A stretch of 64,000 nucleotides of DNA from Spirochaetia bacterium (GCA_965203905.1 CBDBDQ010000005.1:4768001-4832000); one strand, 5' to 3'; positions 37,350 to 51,400 are shown, counted from the first letter of the stretch. Numbers and translations: made by a program. Notes: generated from the letters alone by a model not told the origin.

Positions 37350-40300
37350 TTACAGCTCCAGAATGTCCTTGAGAGTCCGGCTCGGTGGCAACTGGTCTGA
37401 GGGAGGTAGGAACTCTGGTGGCTTGAACAGGGGATTGCCGGGGGACCATAGCTCTACGCTTTCGGGGTGCTCCTCGTAGTAGGTCGGGTCGGTGGTGGCA
37501 CGCACCGGTTCGGTCATGCCGGGCGCCAGCAGCCCGTATTCACGGTGGCCGAGCGGTTGTACCCCGGTGCCCTGGGGCAACAGGTTGGGATCGGATATTA
37601 CACGGTCGAGGTCGTCCATCGTGATCGGCGACCGGGGACGCTCCGGTATGGTGAGATCGTCACTCACGACGGCGTCGATGTTGAAGCCGGCGCCGGCGTG
37701 GGCTTCACTAGCGCGGCGCTCGATGGCAGCCACGATGTCAGCGCTGCTTTCCCCTTGACGCGCGGCGGGCGGCAGAACCGCCTTGGTGATCGCCTGCGGC
37801 AGCTCGGCCAGGATCGGCTGCAGGCGACCAACCACCGTCTCGAACAAGCCGATGCGGCTTCGGAGAGCACGGTATACGTCCGTCTCGACCGTACCCTCGT
37901 AATGCAGATTGACGACGCGGATCGTGGCATGGGCCTGACCGACGCGGTCGATGCGGCCGATGCGCTGCTCGACCCGCATCGGATTCCACGGCATGTCGTA
38001 GTTGATCACCGCGCCGCAGAACTGGAAGTTCAGGCCCTCCGCTGCGGCATCGGTACACAACAGAATGTCGGCCTCGCTATCGCGGAAGCGACGCTTCACT
38101 TCGTCGCGATCAACGGGACGCCACGTGCCGTCAGCGGAGGGAATCTCGCCGCCGCGGCCTGAGAAACACATCAGCCGTCCGCTGCCGCCCTTACTCAGTT
38201 GGTCACGCAGGAAGTCCATAGTGTCGGTGTACTGTGTGAACACCATCACTTGGTCGTAACCGTCGCCGTGCAACTCGGCGAGCGCCTCTTTCAGGCGTCC
38301 GCACTTGCTGTCTGGCGGGAGCGGCCGGATGCGCGCAAGCAGATGCTCGATGTCTGCCCGTTCCTCCGCAGCCAGAGCCTGCCTCTCGTGCTCCGCGATC
38401 TCATCAGCATCTAGCAGCTCGTCCGCTGTCTCGTCGTCAGGTGCGTCTTCGTCGAATCCCTTGTCGCGCGATCGGTCGCTGGCGTTGATCATTGCAAGGT
38501 GCCGCTCAAGAGTCGTACGCAGCGCTTGGAAGCTGCTCGCCAGCCGACGCCGGTATATCGTCATCACGAATCCGACCGCGGATCGTTCCGCTGCCGCCGC
38601 CTGGTTCCAGGTTCCGGTAATGTAGGTTTCCACTGCCGCATAGAGCTGTTGCTCGGCCGCGGTCATCTTGAGGAAATGATCGTCGACCCGCCGCCGCGCG
38701 ATGGGCGTGGAGAGCATGCCGGCTTCGTAGTAGCGGCGCAGAAGCGCGCGCGTATGGCGAGAGATCAGATAACGAATCGGCGTATATGCGCGCAGGATCT
38801 CCAGGGCCGCACGGCGCTCGGGCGTTTCCAGTCGTCGGCGCGGGATCGCCGCCTGGTCGCGCAAGGCGCGAAGCACCGTGTTGGTCTTCAGCCGCGACAA
38901 GCTGGTGAGGCGGCGCGCCTCCTCGGGTGCAGTGTCGCCATATGCGCGCTCGGTTGCCTGGAACAACCGTGCCATGCGGTCCAACGACGCCGGCGGTGGG
39001 TTGGGCTGTTCGAGCTCGCGGAAGAAGCTCAGAAACGCCGTGTCCGTCCACTCCGGCGGCAACCCGAGCAGACTCAACAGGTCCCAAACCTCGACGGGGT
39101 GTACCTGCATCGGGGTGGCGGTCAGCAGGACGAGGCCCGAGGCCCGCTCCTTGAGTTTCTGCATGAGGCGCAACAGTGCGTTGGGGCCGCCCTCGCGGGC
39201 TGATCCTGCCGCACGGCGGCGGGCATGGTGAGCTTCGTCAAGCACCACCAGATCCCACGGTTCCGCCTCATGCAGGAGTACGTCCGCCCGGTCGCGGCGG
39301 CGCAGCAGTTGGCTGGAAGCAATCACGATCGGCTCGCGGTGCCAGTCGCGCGGTCCGACCTCGCGCTCGTGCGCCATCCCAAGTGACCACGAGCGATACC
39401 ACGACAGCTTGCGGCCGTCGTAGATCGGCCAGTTGAGGTTGAACTTCTCACGCAACTCGATCTGCCACTGGCGCAGCACCGCCTTTGGCGCCAGGATCAG
39501 AATCCGCCTCGCCCGCCCGGCGAGCCACGCTTGGCGCAGCAGCATGCCCGCCTGAATGGTCTTGCCCAGTCCCACCTCGTCGGCGATCAGGAGCTTCGGC
39601 GGCCACTGCGCGTACAGCCGGTCGAAGGCCCGCACCTGATGCGGCCACGGGTTCACGGCGGCAGTCGCCTCGCCGACACAAATGCCGTAACTCTGGGCAG
39701 GAGCTTCCCGAATGAAGGCCCAGACCAGCCCGCGCCGATCGGCCGCCGGCGGGGGACCAGACCCCGCGCCGGCTGGAACTGCGGGTAGCGCGCCAGCCCC
39801 ATGACTCGGCAGCTTTGATTCCTGCGCCTTCAGGCGAGCGGGCAAATCGTCGCCCGGCATGAACCGCATCAGGTCGCGGCGCGCCGCCTCCGGGACATCA
39901 AGCACGATCACGCGTGCGGATTGCCCGGCCCACAGCCGCGCGAAGTTCTCCTCTTCATGGATGACACGTTCAGGCTCGGTTCCCCAACTGGTATAGACGT
40001 TGATGCTCTCCCAGTTGTGTCGCCAACCGGCCGCAGTCTCGTTCAGGCTCCCATTCCAGGCGATCCGATGGCCGCCCTGGTCCTGAATGATGCCAGCCTT
40101 CTCGTGGAAGATCCCGTCACTGGGAATCGGAGTACGGTCGGCCGCACAGGGAACTGCCACCTTTACCGAGAGATGGCCGCGCTCAATCATCCAGGAGAGC
40201 AGCTCGAGAGCGCCGTTCGCTACCGCGTCGAACGCCGTGAGCGGCGCCGCCGACAGGCGGCGCTCTACCGTATCGCGCAGCCTCTCACCGCGTTCGATGG

Positions 40301-40529
40301 CATCGATTTCGGACTGTTCGAGGGTGCAGCCGACGACCAGCCGCATGTGGCCATCGTTGCGCACCAGTCCTTCGATGCCGCGCGCCGCAAGGGTGAGTGC
40401 ACCGGCGCTGAAGTAACCGGTGAGCCGATCGTAGCACACGGCGTCCTGTAGCGCCGGCACGTAGAACAGATCGACCAGGTCGCCGTCGTCAGGAGTGTAC
40501 TTCAGCCGCCACGGGCGATCGGTCAGCAT
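37350..40529 (-). CDS. PLD-fused SNF2-family helicase
   Basis: HEKAGIIQD plus GSLNET (HKD/PLD); DEVGLGKT, DEAH, LTATP, QRIGRIDR. Confidence 0.92.
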   Translation of the reverse strand: MLTDRPWRLKYTPDDGDLVDLFYVPALQDAVCYDRLTGYFSAGALTLAARGIEGLVRNDGHMRLVVGCTLEQSEIDAIERGERLRDTVERRLSAAPLTAFDAVANGALELLSWMIERGHLSVKVAVPCAADRTPIPSDGIFHEKAGIIQDQGGHRIAWNGSLNETAAGWRHNWESINVYTSWGTEPERVIHEEENFARLWAGQSARVIVLDVPEAARRDLMRFMPGDDLPARLKAQESKLPSHGAGALPAVPAGAGSGPPPAADRRGLVWAFIREAPAQSYGICVGEATAAVNPWPHQVRAFDRLYAQWPPKLLIADEVGLGKTIQAGMLLRQAWLAGRARRILILAPKAVLRQWQIELREKFNLNWPIYDGRKLSWYRSWSLGMAHEREVGPRDWHREPIVIASSQLLRRRDRADVLLHEAEPWDLVVLDEAHHARRRAAGSAREGGPNALLRLMQKLKERASGLVLLTATPMQVHPVEVWDLLSLLGLPPEWTDTAFLSFFRELEQPNPPPASLDRMARLFQATERAYGDTAPEEARRLTSLSRLKTNTVLRALRDQAAIPRRRLETPERRAALEILRAYTPIRYLISRHTRALLRRYYEAGMLSTPIARRRVDDHFLKMTAAEQQLYAAVETYITGTWNQAAAAERSAVGFVMTIYRRRLASSFQALRTTLERHLAMINASDRSRDKGFDEDAPDDETADELLDADEIAEHERQALAAEERADIEHLLARIRPLPPDSKCGRLKEALAELHGDGYDQVMVFTQYTDTMDFLRDQLSKGGSGRLMCFSGRGGEIPSADGTWRPVDRDEVKRRFRDSEADILLCTDAAAEGLNFQFCGAVINYDMPWNPMRVEQRIGRIDRVGQAHATIRVVNLHYEGTVETDVYRALRSRIGLFETVVGRLQPILAELPQAITKAVLPPAARQGESSADIVAAIERRASEAHAGAGFNIDAVVSDDLTIPERPRSPITMDDLDRVISDPNLLPQGTGVQPLGHREYGLLAPGMTEPVRATTDPTYYEEHPESVELWSPGNPLFKPPEFLPPSDQLPPSRTLKDILEL

Positions 40530-40531
40530 GT

Positions 40532-43507
40532 TCAGGCAAGGTCATCCTGCCACAGCTTGAGCTGCTCCGGTTCGTCGATGCGGTCACGATACGCCAAGCG
40601 GTACAGGTTGTAGAGCGCTTCGAAATCGTTGCCGGCTGCGGCCGCGTCGTCGCCGAGTGCTACACTCGTGAAGTTCTGCGAGAGCGGCAACACTTCCAGT
40701 ACCGCCTCGAAGGCGGCGAAGAAGCGCGGATCCTGTTCGATCAGGGACTCGCCGAGCATTTCGCGAGCGGCGGCCAGCGAGCGCGTCCGTGCCCGGTGGG
40801 CGGTGTGGTGCAAGGCATCGATCATGCCGCGGGAACCATCCACCGGCCCGAGTGCCCCGGTGGCTGCCCGCCGCTCGCTGTCCCACAGCCGCAGGTCGCT
40901 GCCCTTCTTGTCGGCGAGACGACCAACAACGTCGTGATCCGGGTCGACGCCCACCGCGCGCGCCAGCCGTAGCGCTTCGTCGTAGGGGAATACCGGGGCC
41001 CGAAACGCGTCCCATGCCAGCACGAAGAACGCCGTGGCCGGGTCGAGATCCGCGTTTGCCTTCAGGTGGGTCAACTGCTCAAGGCGCCAGCGCTTCACCT
41101 GGCGGCGGGCAACGTTGAGCGCGTCCTCCGGCGTCACCGAATAGGGATCCCATCCCTCGTCGTGGGTCGCCCGTCGCGTACGGCGACGGGGCGCAGGTCG
41201 CTCCCGCGGGGTGCCTCGCCGCAATGGCCAGTCACGGGAGAACTCCTCCAATGCCGGCCCGAAGGACGCAAGGTAGAGGTCAACCCCGGTGATGCCGGCC
41301 GCCTGGAACTCTTCAACACGTGTGCGTACAGCACCCGCAACCCGTGGCTCTAATTCTTCCCAATACTGCGCGGGTGTCTCACTGATTGCCGAGCCACCAG
41401 CTCCTTTCCCGTCTGCCGATCCGCCGGACGAGCCGCGCGGACGGCACACCAGGAAGATCGTGCTCTTGGCCGCCGCCTTGTCCTTGATGTGCATACTGCC
41501 CTCGGCCTCGGTGTTGATCGGCCAGGACGCAGTTATCACGAAGCCGGCATCCATCAGCCCCTTGGTGAGAGCGTCCCAGGCGCCGGTGGCCTTGTGGGTG
41601 AACATCAGGGTCATCACGCCGTCTGGCTTCAGCGCCCGCCGACACTCGGCGAAGATCGATGCCATGCGCTCCTGGTAGTCGCGCTCCGCGAGCGCCTTCG
41701 CCCCCTTCTGTCCACGGAACCGTGCCGGACTGGCTACGGCCTCGTTGTCCTTGTCGGTAAGGTGGCTGCGGAACAGTTCTGGAAACACGTGACCGGCGGT
41801 ACGTTTGAGCCATACGTAGAAGAAATCGGACAGCTCAGCGTACATCACGTTGTCGTAATAGGGCGGGTCCATCACCACCAGGTCGATGCTTCCGTCAGCG
41901 ATGTGGTCCAGGCTGTCGCCCGGCTTGCATGTGATCGTGACGGGTACGCTTGCAGGCGCGGCGGCTGCGGAGTGGCGGAACAACCCATCGGCGTCTGCAT
42001 CGCCTTGAGGGCGGACCAGCGCTATCAGTTCGCCGATGCACTTGGCAGTCTGCTCGAACGCCCAATCGTAGCCCAAGCCCACGATCAGCGGCGCCATCTC
42101 GGCATGTGACCAGCAGAATGCAAAGTCGTGCCGGTTGAATGTATTGGCAACGACTTGCCGGGTCGGCATCCACACCGACATGCGAGAGTTGTAGTTCAGC
42201 AGCTTGTCCAGCGACAGCGCCAGGTATCCGTATGCTGCCTCGCGCACCTCGGTGAGCTTTCCCGCCTCTCGGTCGGCTTCGAGCATCTCGCGGAAAACCT
42301 CGACGCTGGTGCCGTGGCACAGCAGTTGGCGCGGCGAAAACAAGCCACGCCAGATAGTCATGCCGTAACGGTGCGGCTCTGTCGTCTTGTTCCCGTCGGG
42401 GATGCGCTCACTCGGGACGATGTCGAAGGCCTCCCACTCCGGCAGCTTCTCGTCCAGCCGGGCGCGGACCTCGGCGCTGTTGTCATCCTCCGGCCGCGAC
42501 GCCCGGTAACGGCGCACCCACTTCTCCCGCGTCCTCCCAGTCTTCGTCGTGGTCAACACGCGTTCCTTGTAGACGACCGCGAAAAGCTGCTCCCCCATAC
42601 GACCGGCCTGTGCCTGCTCCTTGACCTCGTCACCGTCGATTACGCGTCGGCAGTCCGGATAGGGACAGGTTCCATCGCCGCGCGCCACCGTGCCCGCTGA
42701 CTGCTCCCGCGCCGAAGTGACAACCTCGAAAGTACAGATCCGGCCCTCCGTCCCCGGCCCTCCACCGAGATGCGGCTTTAGCCGTACCCCGGTCCCATCC
42801 GACGCCAGCCGCCAATTCGGCGACAATGGCACCAACCCATCACAATATGGGCACAGAACCGTCCGAGCCCAGAGATACCCATCCGGACGCGTACCCTGAA
42901 CGGGCTCATCAGAAAAAGCCCACGTTAGTCGACCTCGGACGCGCTCGGCGAACTTCGCGCCAATCTCTTCGAACACTGTCTTGATCGCAACACCGTGAAT
43001 AAGCGGCCAATCTATGGTCGCGCGCTCAATCAATGCTGCGACTGGGTTCAGGTCATTTGCCAGCGTTTCGAGCCCGAAGCGGGCCGCTTCAAACGGTACA
43101 CTGCCGCCGCCAGCCGTTGGATCTAGAACTGTGGCGCCACACAACGAATGCTCCTTGAGCAACCAAGCCCGTTCCGAGCTGTTCGGTGCATATCCGAAAG
43201 CACGCGTATACCCATAGGCCTCGGCGCCTAACCGCTCGCCGGTTCGATTCGCGGCCGCAATCCGCTTCTTTGCTGCAACCGGGTCACCGTGGATGCCGAG
43301 GATGTGCAGGAACTTCTGCCGGTCAGCGTCCGCAGGCAATAGCGATGCGAGGATCGCCGCGCGGGAGGCCACTAGCGGTCGCCGCGCCCACCACACGTGA
43401 AGCCGGTTCGGGGCCGGAAATGGGGTCATCGGAGTCCTTTCGCGCGTACTCTCGATGCCAATCTCCGCAATCGGGAGCCAACGCTCGATCAGCCGTGTAT
43501 AGGACAT
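40532..43507 (-). CDS. DUF1156 adenine DNA methyltransferase
   Basis: LHVWWARRPL, DPTAGGGS, CPYC zinc ribbon, DPPYYDN. Confidence 0.92.
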   Translation of the reverse strand: MSYTRLIERWLPIAEIGIESTRERTPMTPFPAPNRLHVWWARRPLVASRAAILASLLPADADRQKFLHILGIHGDPVAAKKRIAAANRTGERLGAEAYGYTRAFGYAPNSSERAWLLKEHSLCGATVLDPTAGGGSVPFEAARFGLETLANDLNPVAALIERATIDWPLIHGVAIKTVFEEIGAKFAERVRGRLTWAFSDEPVQGTRPDGYLWARTVLCPYCDGLVPLSPNWRLASDGTGVRLKPHLGGGPGTEGRICTFEVVTSAREQSAGTVARGDGTCPYPDCRRVIDGDEVKEQAQAGRMGEQLFAVVYKERVLTTTKTGRTREKWVRRYRASRPEDDNSAEVRARLDEKLPEWEAFDIVPSERIPDGNKTTEPHRYGMTIWRGLFSPRQLLCHGTSVEVFREMLEADREAGKLTEVREAAYGYLALSLDKLLNYNSRMSVWMPTRQVVANTFNRHDFAFCWSHAEMAPLIVGLGYDWAFEQTAKCIGELIALVRPQGDADADGLFRHSAAAAPASVPVTITCKPGDSLDHIADGSIDLVVMDPPYYDNVMYAELSDFFYVWLKRTAGHVFPELFRSHLTDKDNEAVASPARFRGQKGAKALAERDYQERMASIFAECRRALKPDGVMTLMFTHKATGAWDALTKGLMDAGFVITASWPINTEAEGSMHIKDKAAAKSTIFLVCRPRGSSGGSADGKGAGGSAISETPAQYWEELEPRVAGAVRTRVEEFQAAGITGVDLYLASFGPALEEFSRDWPLRRGTPRERPAPRRRTRRATHDEGWDPYSVTPEDALNVARRQVKRWRLEQLTHLKANADLDPATAFFVLAWDAFRAPVFPYDEALRLARAVGVDPDHDVVGRLADKKGSDLRLWDSERRAATGALGPVDGSRGMIDALHHTAHRARTRSLAAAREMLGESLIEQDPRFFAAFEAVLEVLPLSQNFTSVALGDDAAAAGNDFEALYNLYRLAYRDRIDEPEQLKLWQDDLA

Positions 43508-44776
43508 CTAGCCGTGGTCTCCTTCACTTTCCCAAGAACGTAGTTGCGCCGCCAACCACTTGTAGTGGTCATGTTTCTGGATGTTATTCAAAGAACCTAT
43601 CGAAACACCACACTCTCGCAGGATCGTGAGTACAACAAGAATGTAGATCGACTCGGAAAGCAGATACAGTTGCTGTCCACGAATGTTTCCTCGCAGTCCT
43701 GGATGTACTACGTACTTCTTTCGAACCTGCACAACCTCCGAACTCCACGTGTCGATGTCTCCGACAAGTGGCTCGAACAGATCCTTGATATCACGTGCGA
43801 TATCCCTAAGTTCAAGATGTAGCTTGATGTTCTGTTTGTTCCTTCGAATACGGACAAACATCTCCGCCGCAACGACAGAATTGAAATACCGTTGTTCTTC
43901 GTAGAGTGTCGGTGCGTACCAGTGGCTCACCAGCATGGCTACCAACTCTGAGTATCTATCCGAGGAGTCCAACCACGACCGAATGCCATCTACACCACCA
44001 ATGTGGTCAAAGGTAAATGCCATCTTAGCTCTCGGGACGGTATCCTGCTTAGCCGTAGAGCCGATTCCGGTCCATTTCGTATACAAGTCTATAGGGCGAT
44101 CAAGGTCCGGATGAGTCAACTTGACATCGAGAACGGTAGCAGGAGCATGCACACAGGTCGTCACTAGGTTCCGCAGCGATGCGCTCACTCCCAGCAACTT
44201 CATAAGAGGTTGAGGTTCATGGAACCGGTACTCGATTGCACACCCTTGCTCAAGCATAATGCGTTCGAGACTGCGTCTGCATTTCCATGGAAAGGTAACC
44301 GCAATCGCACCATCGTCGACGTTAGTCTCTATTGAGGACACTGGCTCGTATTTGATTCCAAAGAATTTCCCGGAATCTTCGTTGAGCCGATCGTTGACAC
44401 TCAAGCCGTAGCGTCCCACCCACTGTACAAGATTTCCCAACTGCACGGTAACGGAACGGAAATCGATGGGCTCATACAGCTCAAAGTGCGCTCCTGATAA
44501 AATGATTGCAACTTTGTATCGACGCTGAAACATACCGGTGAGTTGCTGCGATACATCAAATAGGTAGCACTGCTCCAAGGTGAGGACCTGCGATCCGGCG
44601 ATTCCGAGGAGGCGTACCGCATCACCATCAAGTCGTACATCCAGAGAATCGAGACTGAGGGAGGGTTCAATGATCGACAGTATTGCGCCATCGGTTGGAT
44701 CGAACCGCAAACGTCCGGCCATCTTTCGATCAGGTCTGTCAGGGCGCCAAAAGTGTCCCTCAACATCAAGCTTCAT
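43508..44776 (-). CDS. ApeA-like N-terminal domain plus HEPN protein
   Basis: EGHFWRP...GRLRFDP N-terminus; AAEMFVR; VRKKYVVH (Rx5H); lower GC than the flanking genes. Confidence 0.72.
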   Translation of the reverse strand: MKLDVEGHFWRPDRPDRKMAGRLRFDPTDGAILSIIEPSLSLDSLDVRLDGDAVRLLGIAGSQVLTLEQCYLFDVSQQLTGMFQRRYKVAIILSGAHFELYEPIDFRSVTVQLGNLVQWVGRYGLSVNDRLNEDSGKFFGIKYEPVSSIETNVDDGAIAVTFPWKCRRSLERIMLEQGCAIEYRFHEPQPLMKLLGVSASLRNLVTTCVHAPATVLDVKLTHPDLDRPIDLYTKWTGIGSTAKQDTVPRAKMAFTFDHIGGVDGIRSWLDSSDRYSELVAMLVSHWYAPTLYEEQRYFNSVVAAEMFVRIRRNKQNIKLHLELRDIARDIKDLFEPLVGDIDTWSSEVVQVRKKYVVHPGLRGNIRGQQLYLLSESIYILVVLTILRECGVSIGSLNNIQKHDHYKWLAAQLRSWESEGDHG

Positions 44777-44929
44777 TCACCGGTAACCTACTACAGAGAT
44801 AATCGTCGGCCGTCAACAGAGCGTCTTCATTCTGTCCAGGGTGGCAACTCCTCGTGAGGACAGTCGAAATCGATTGAGGACCATTCCTGACGTGGTATCG
44901 GTTCGTCGGCTTGGTTTACGCTCCATTCG

Positions 44930-45432
44930 TCAATCTGAATGCACGTAACCCGAGCCGTGTTTGGCGTCGGTCAGCAGGATACGCAGCGCCATCAGTACGC
45001 GACGCGGGTGTCGGCGATGGATCGCCATTCCTGCCCAGTACGCCGCTTCCTCGTGCTTCATGGTCTCGATGCCCTCGACTACGGCACGCATGTTGGGGCG
45101 GTTGCGCATCGGCGCGAGGGCGCGGAACAGCAAACCCAGTACGAGTGCGACATCTTCGGGCACCGCATAGCCGGCCCTCCGATCTTCAGCGATAGGACCA
45201 AGGCGCACGCCCGATTGCGCGAGCCGGCGTAGCACCCGATGTTCGATCAGGTCCAGGTTTGAACCGCGGAGCCGCGCGACACGTCGGGGGCGAGGCAGGT
45301 TCGGCGTCGCCGATGAAGGAACCTGCCAAATCGCGTACTCGGTGTCGGCTGGGCCGTAACGGCGAACGCGCAACTCATAAAGAGGGGCCGACGCCGAATC
45401 AGTCTCGTCAAGGATGGGCATGACACTCGCGA

Positions 45433-45436
<4 letters not shown>
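44930..45436 (-). CDS. Small accessory protein (DUF3780-like position)
   Basis: ATGA-coupled to DUF499; EEAAYW motif; positional equivalent of DUF3780. Confidence 0.7.
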
Positions 45437-48405
<2,969 letters not shown>

Positions 48406-48779
48406 CTATGCGTGCTGTCGGGTGCCTGGGAGTGTTGCTCAGCCGCTACGCACCGCTTCGCCGTGGCAAACGAATCCGCAAATCAATCGGCCACTCTGCT
48501 GGCGGAGGATAGCTCGTTTCCGTCACCCGCGTACAGGGGCTGGACCGAAATCAACTCAACCTTCGTGGGCGCCTCGGAAGCATGGTGGGCACGAATGGCG
48601 ACCCTTCGCACTTCGCTCCGGGCCGAACGGGCCCGCTTCCGACCGGCGCGCTATTGGGCAACAGACGGTCTGGAACGTAGGATTCCACTCGTCCACGTTG
48701 CTGAATCACCCTGTTATGGGGAGTTGACACGTGTCTTCACAGTTCCATTCCGGTGCATCACGACAACCGGTCCTGGATG

Positions 48780-48969
48780 GCTACCCTGTAATCCTACGAA
48801 CGCGAGCGGTTCTGTGGAGTTGATGGGTCTATCGTGCACTACGTTGTGGCGACGCCGTAAGGCCGGCGACTTCCCCGCACCAGTTAGGCTCGAGGGCCCT
48901 GGGTCACGTGCCGTCGGCTGGCGGTGCTCGGACGTGGAGCGATGGTTGGCGGATCTGTCCAAGGCCTAG
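48780..48969 (+). pseudogene. alpA: AlpA-family regulator/excisionase (frameshift near 48811)
   Basis: YPVILRTRAV / VELMGLSCTTLWRRRKAGDFPAPVRL...RAVGWRCSDVERW. Confidence 0.75.
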
Positions 48970-49206
48970 TAGCTGCCGTCTTTGACGGTGTCGCAAGTCG
49001 CGTGCGAGAAGGTGAGGGACATGGGCGCGGCGGTGGCGGAGCCGCGGTCGACGCCGTCCCCAGTTACCATGACCGGCTCCGCGCGCGTCTCGGCGCTAGA
49101 CCGAAGCGAGTCAGGGATGGTCGGATACCACCAAGGGGTTGCGAAAGCAATAACGGGATATTGGTGTAACGCGTAAACCATTATCACATTTACAAATAGG
49201 CGCAAC

Positions 49207-49401
49207 ATTGGTGTAGTCGAACAGGCTGGAGAACCCGAGGCGCAGGTGGAGGTGGCGCGCGTGGATCTCGCGCAGGTGGTCGAGGACGGCGAGCTGCAGC
49301 GCCTGCTCGTGCAGGACGAGGGACCTGGTGTGCGCCAGCAGCACTTGGTCGGGGAGCCCGGAGAGCGAGGAGGAGAAGCCGGGAGCGGTCGCGGCAGCCA
49401 T
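49207..49401 (-). pseudogene. Truncated N-terminus of a DUF222/HNH-type protein (island junction)
   Basis: LPDQVLLAHTRSLV..EQ...VLDHLREI..RHLHLRLGFSSLFDY, followed by an abrupt change to AT-rich sequence. Confidence 0.6.
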
Positions 49402-49922
49402 GGCGTAAATATAATCATGGCTGAGAAATGACCGGTTTCGGCAAGTCCCGGGACCGGCCCCCGGAAGGGCGCAGGCCGGCGCTGGCGGGGTGCTGGAGGG
49501 CCTGGAGGGCGTGGCGGGATGTTCGAAGGGTCGGAGGGGCCGGAACGCGCGGCAGGGGGCCGTTACGAGCAGCGCCAAACCCGTCAAGTGCTCAGCGCAC
49601 TTTTTGGCACTTTCGCAGAATCCTGCGAGTCCTGCACCGCGGCTCCGGCGTGGCAGCAATGCAGCGGTGGAGACCGGCGTTGCGGGTGGGCGGCAACCCA
49701 TTCATTCCTGGACACATCGTACAGCGAACGAACCACGCACCCTGAAGGCGGCGATCTGGCAGGGCGCCAGGGGCCATCACCGCCGCTCGGCCACGACTGC
49801 CAGAACATCCCTTGCCCACACGGGATTCAGACGTCGTTGAGCATGGGATGGCCCTGGCGCGGTGGGGCGGGTGGTCGCGTCAGTGCGCGCCGTCGGGTAT
49901 CATGGCGCCCGAGGTGTCGCAG

Positions 49923-51137
49923 ATGAACGGTAACAGGTCCGGTTTCGACGAGGATCTTCTGGCCGACGGGTCGCCGCCCGGAGCGGTCTCCCTCACGGCC
50001 CATCCGGGGGCGCGCTACGATTTCGGCGTGGCCTATCCCGATCCCGACTCGCTGCCGCTGCAGCAGCTCGTGGAGTGCCTGGGAGAGGAGCTGCAGCGGG
50101 AGGGACGCAGCCTGGCGCGCTACCCGCACCCGCTCGGCTATCCGCCGCTGCGCGAGTGGCTGGCGGCGCGTCTGGCCGCCAGGCGCGGGTTCTCGGTGGA
50201 GCCCGACGCCATCATGCTCGGCTCCGGGTCGAACGAGCCCAACTTCCTGGTGGCCCAGGCGCTGGTCGATCCCGGTGACGTGGTGCTGGCGGAGGAGTTC
50301 ACCTACGCCGGCACGCTCGGATTCCTGCGCCGCTTCGGGGCCGACGTCCGCGGCGTGGAGTGCGACCACGAGGGCATGCTGCCCGATTCGCTGGAGTACC
50401 GGATTCGGGCTGCGATCGACGAGGGCAGGCGGCCCAAGGCGGTATACACCATCCCGACGTTCCAGAATCCGCTCGGCTTCGTGGCGTCGCTGCCGCGCCG
50501 CGCCGAGGTCACCGAGATCACCGCGCGCTACGGCGTCCCGGTGTGGGAGGACGACTGCTACGTCGACCTGAACTTCGACCATCCCGACCTGCCGCCGGCC
50601 ATCCGCTCCCTCGATGACAGCGGGCGCACGATCTACGTCGCCTCGTTCTCCAAGAACATCGCTCCCGGCATGAGGCTGGGCTACGTCACCGCCGCGCCGG
50701 CGCTCATGGAGCGGATCGCCGCCATCAAGGGCACCGGCGGCGTCAGCCAGTTCACGGCGATGGCCGTGCATCGCTTCGCCCAGACCGGCCTGGACGGCCA
50801 CATCGAACGGTCGCGCATCCGCCTGCGGGCCAAGCGCGACGCGCTGCTGGCGGCGCTGGAGGCGCACCTGGGCGGCCGCGCGCGCTGGACCCGTCCCCTT
50901 GGCGGGCTGTTCCTGTTCGTGCAGATGCGCGACGGCAGCGACACGGTGGCCGCCGCCGAGCGCGCCGCCGCCCGCGGCGTGCTGTTCGCTCCCGGGACGC
51001 ACACCTCCGCGGACGGCGTCTCCGGCCGCGACCGTATGCGCCTGTGCTACGGCTGGAACCGCCCCGACGAGATGGCCCCCGCCATCGCGGAGCTGGCCGC
51101 CGTGCTGACGCCGGAGCCGGCCCTCGCCAGCCGCTGA
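49923..51137 (+). CDS. PLP-dependent aminotransferase class I/II (MocR/ARO8-like)
   Basis: YTIPTFQNP, EDDCY, SFSKNIAPGMRLG. Confidence 0.92.
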   Translation: MNGNRSGFDEDLLADGSPPGAVSLTAHPGARYDFGVAYPDPDSLPLQQLVECLGEELQREGRSLARYPHPLGYPPLREWLAARLAARRGFSVEPDAIMLGSGSNEPNFLVAQALVDPGDVVLAEEFTYAGTLGFLRRFGADVRGVECDHEGMLPDSLEYRIRAAIDEGRRPKAVYTIPTFQNPLGFVASLPRRAEVTEITARYGVPVWEDDCYVDLNFDHPDLPPAIRSLDDSGRTIYVASFSKNIAPGMRLGYVTAAPALMERIAAIKGTGGVSQFTAMAVHRFAQTGLDGHIERSRIRLRAKRDALLAALEAHLGGRARWTRPLGGLFLFVQMRDGSDTVAAAERAAARGVLFAPGTHTSADGVSGRDRMRLCYGWNRPDEMAPAIAELAAVLTPEPALASR

Positions 51138-51181
51138 TCGCCTTACGTCGCCGTCAGGCCCACAGCGGCTCTCACGGCTGC

Positions 51182-51400
51182 TCAGCCGGCTGCTGCTGCT
51201 TTGTTCGCCACCTCGACGAGCGCGCGGAGGGCTTGGTTTACCGACTTCGAGTCACGAAACACTTTGGCGACGTCAGGATCGAGGACAACGATGTTCGCAC
51301 CGTCGGCGTAGCGCTCTGCATACTTGCCGCGGACTCCACGTGAGAAGTCGTACTCCTCGCGCAACTCGTCAATCCGCACGGTTTCAGGCTCCTTCTTCAT
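51182..51400 (-). CDS. BrnA-like antitoxin (BrnT-like 3' remnant upstream)
   Basis: LREEYDFSRGVRGKY...VVLDPDVAKVF..SKSVNQALR; upstream remnant RLATARERRGYE. Confidence 0.75.
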   Translation of the reverse strand: MKKEPETVRIDELREEYDFSRGVRGKYAERYADGANIVVLDPDVAKVFRDSKSVNQALRALVEVANKAAAAG

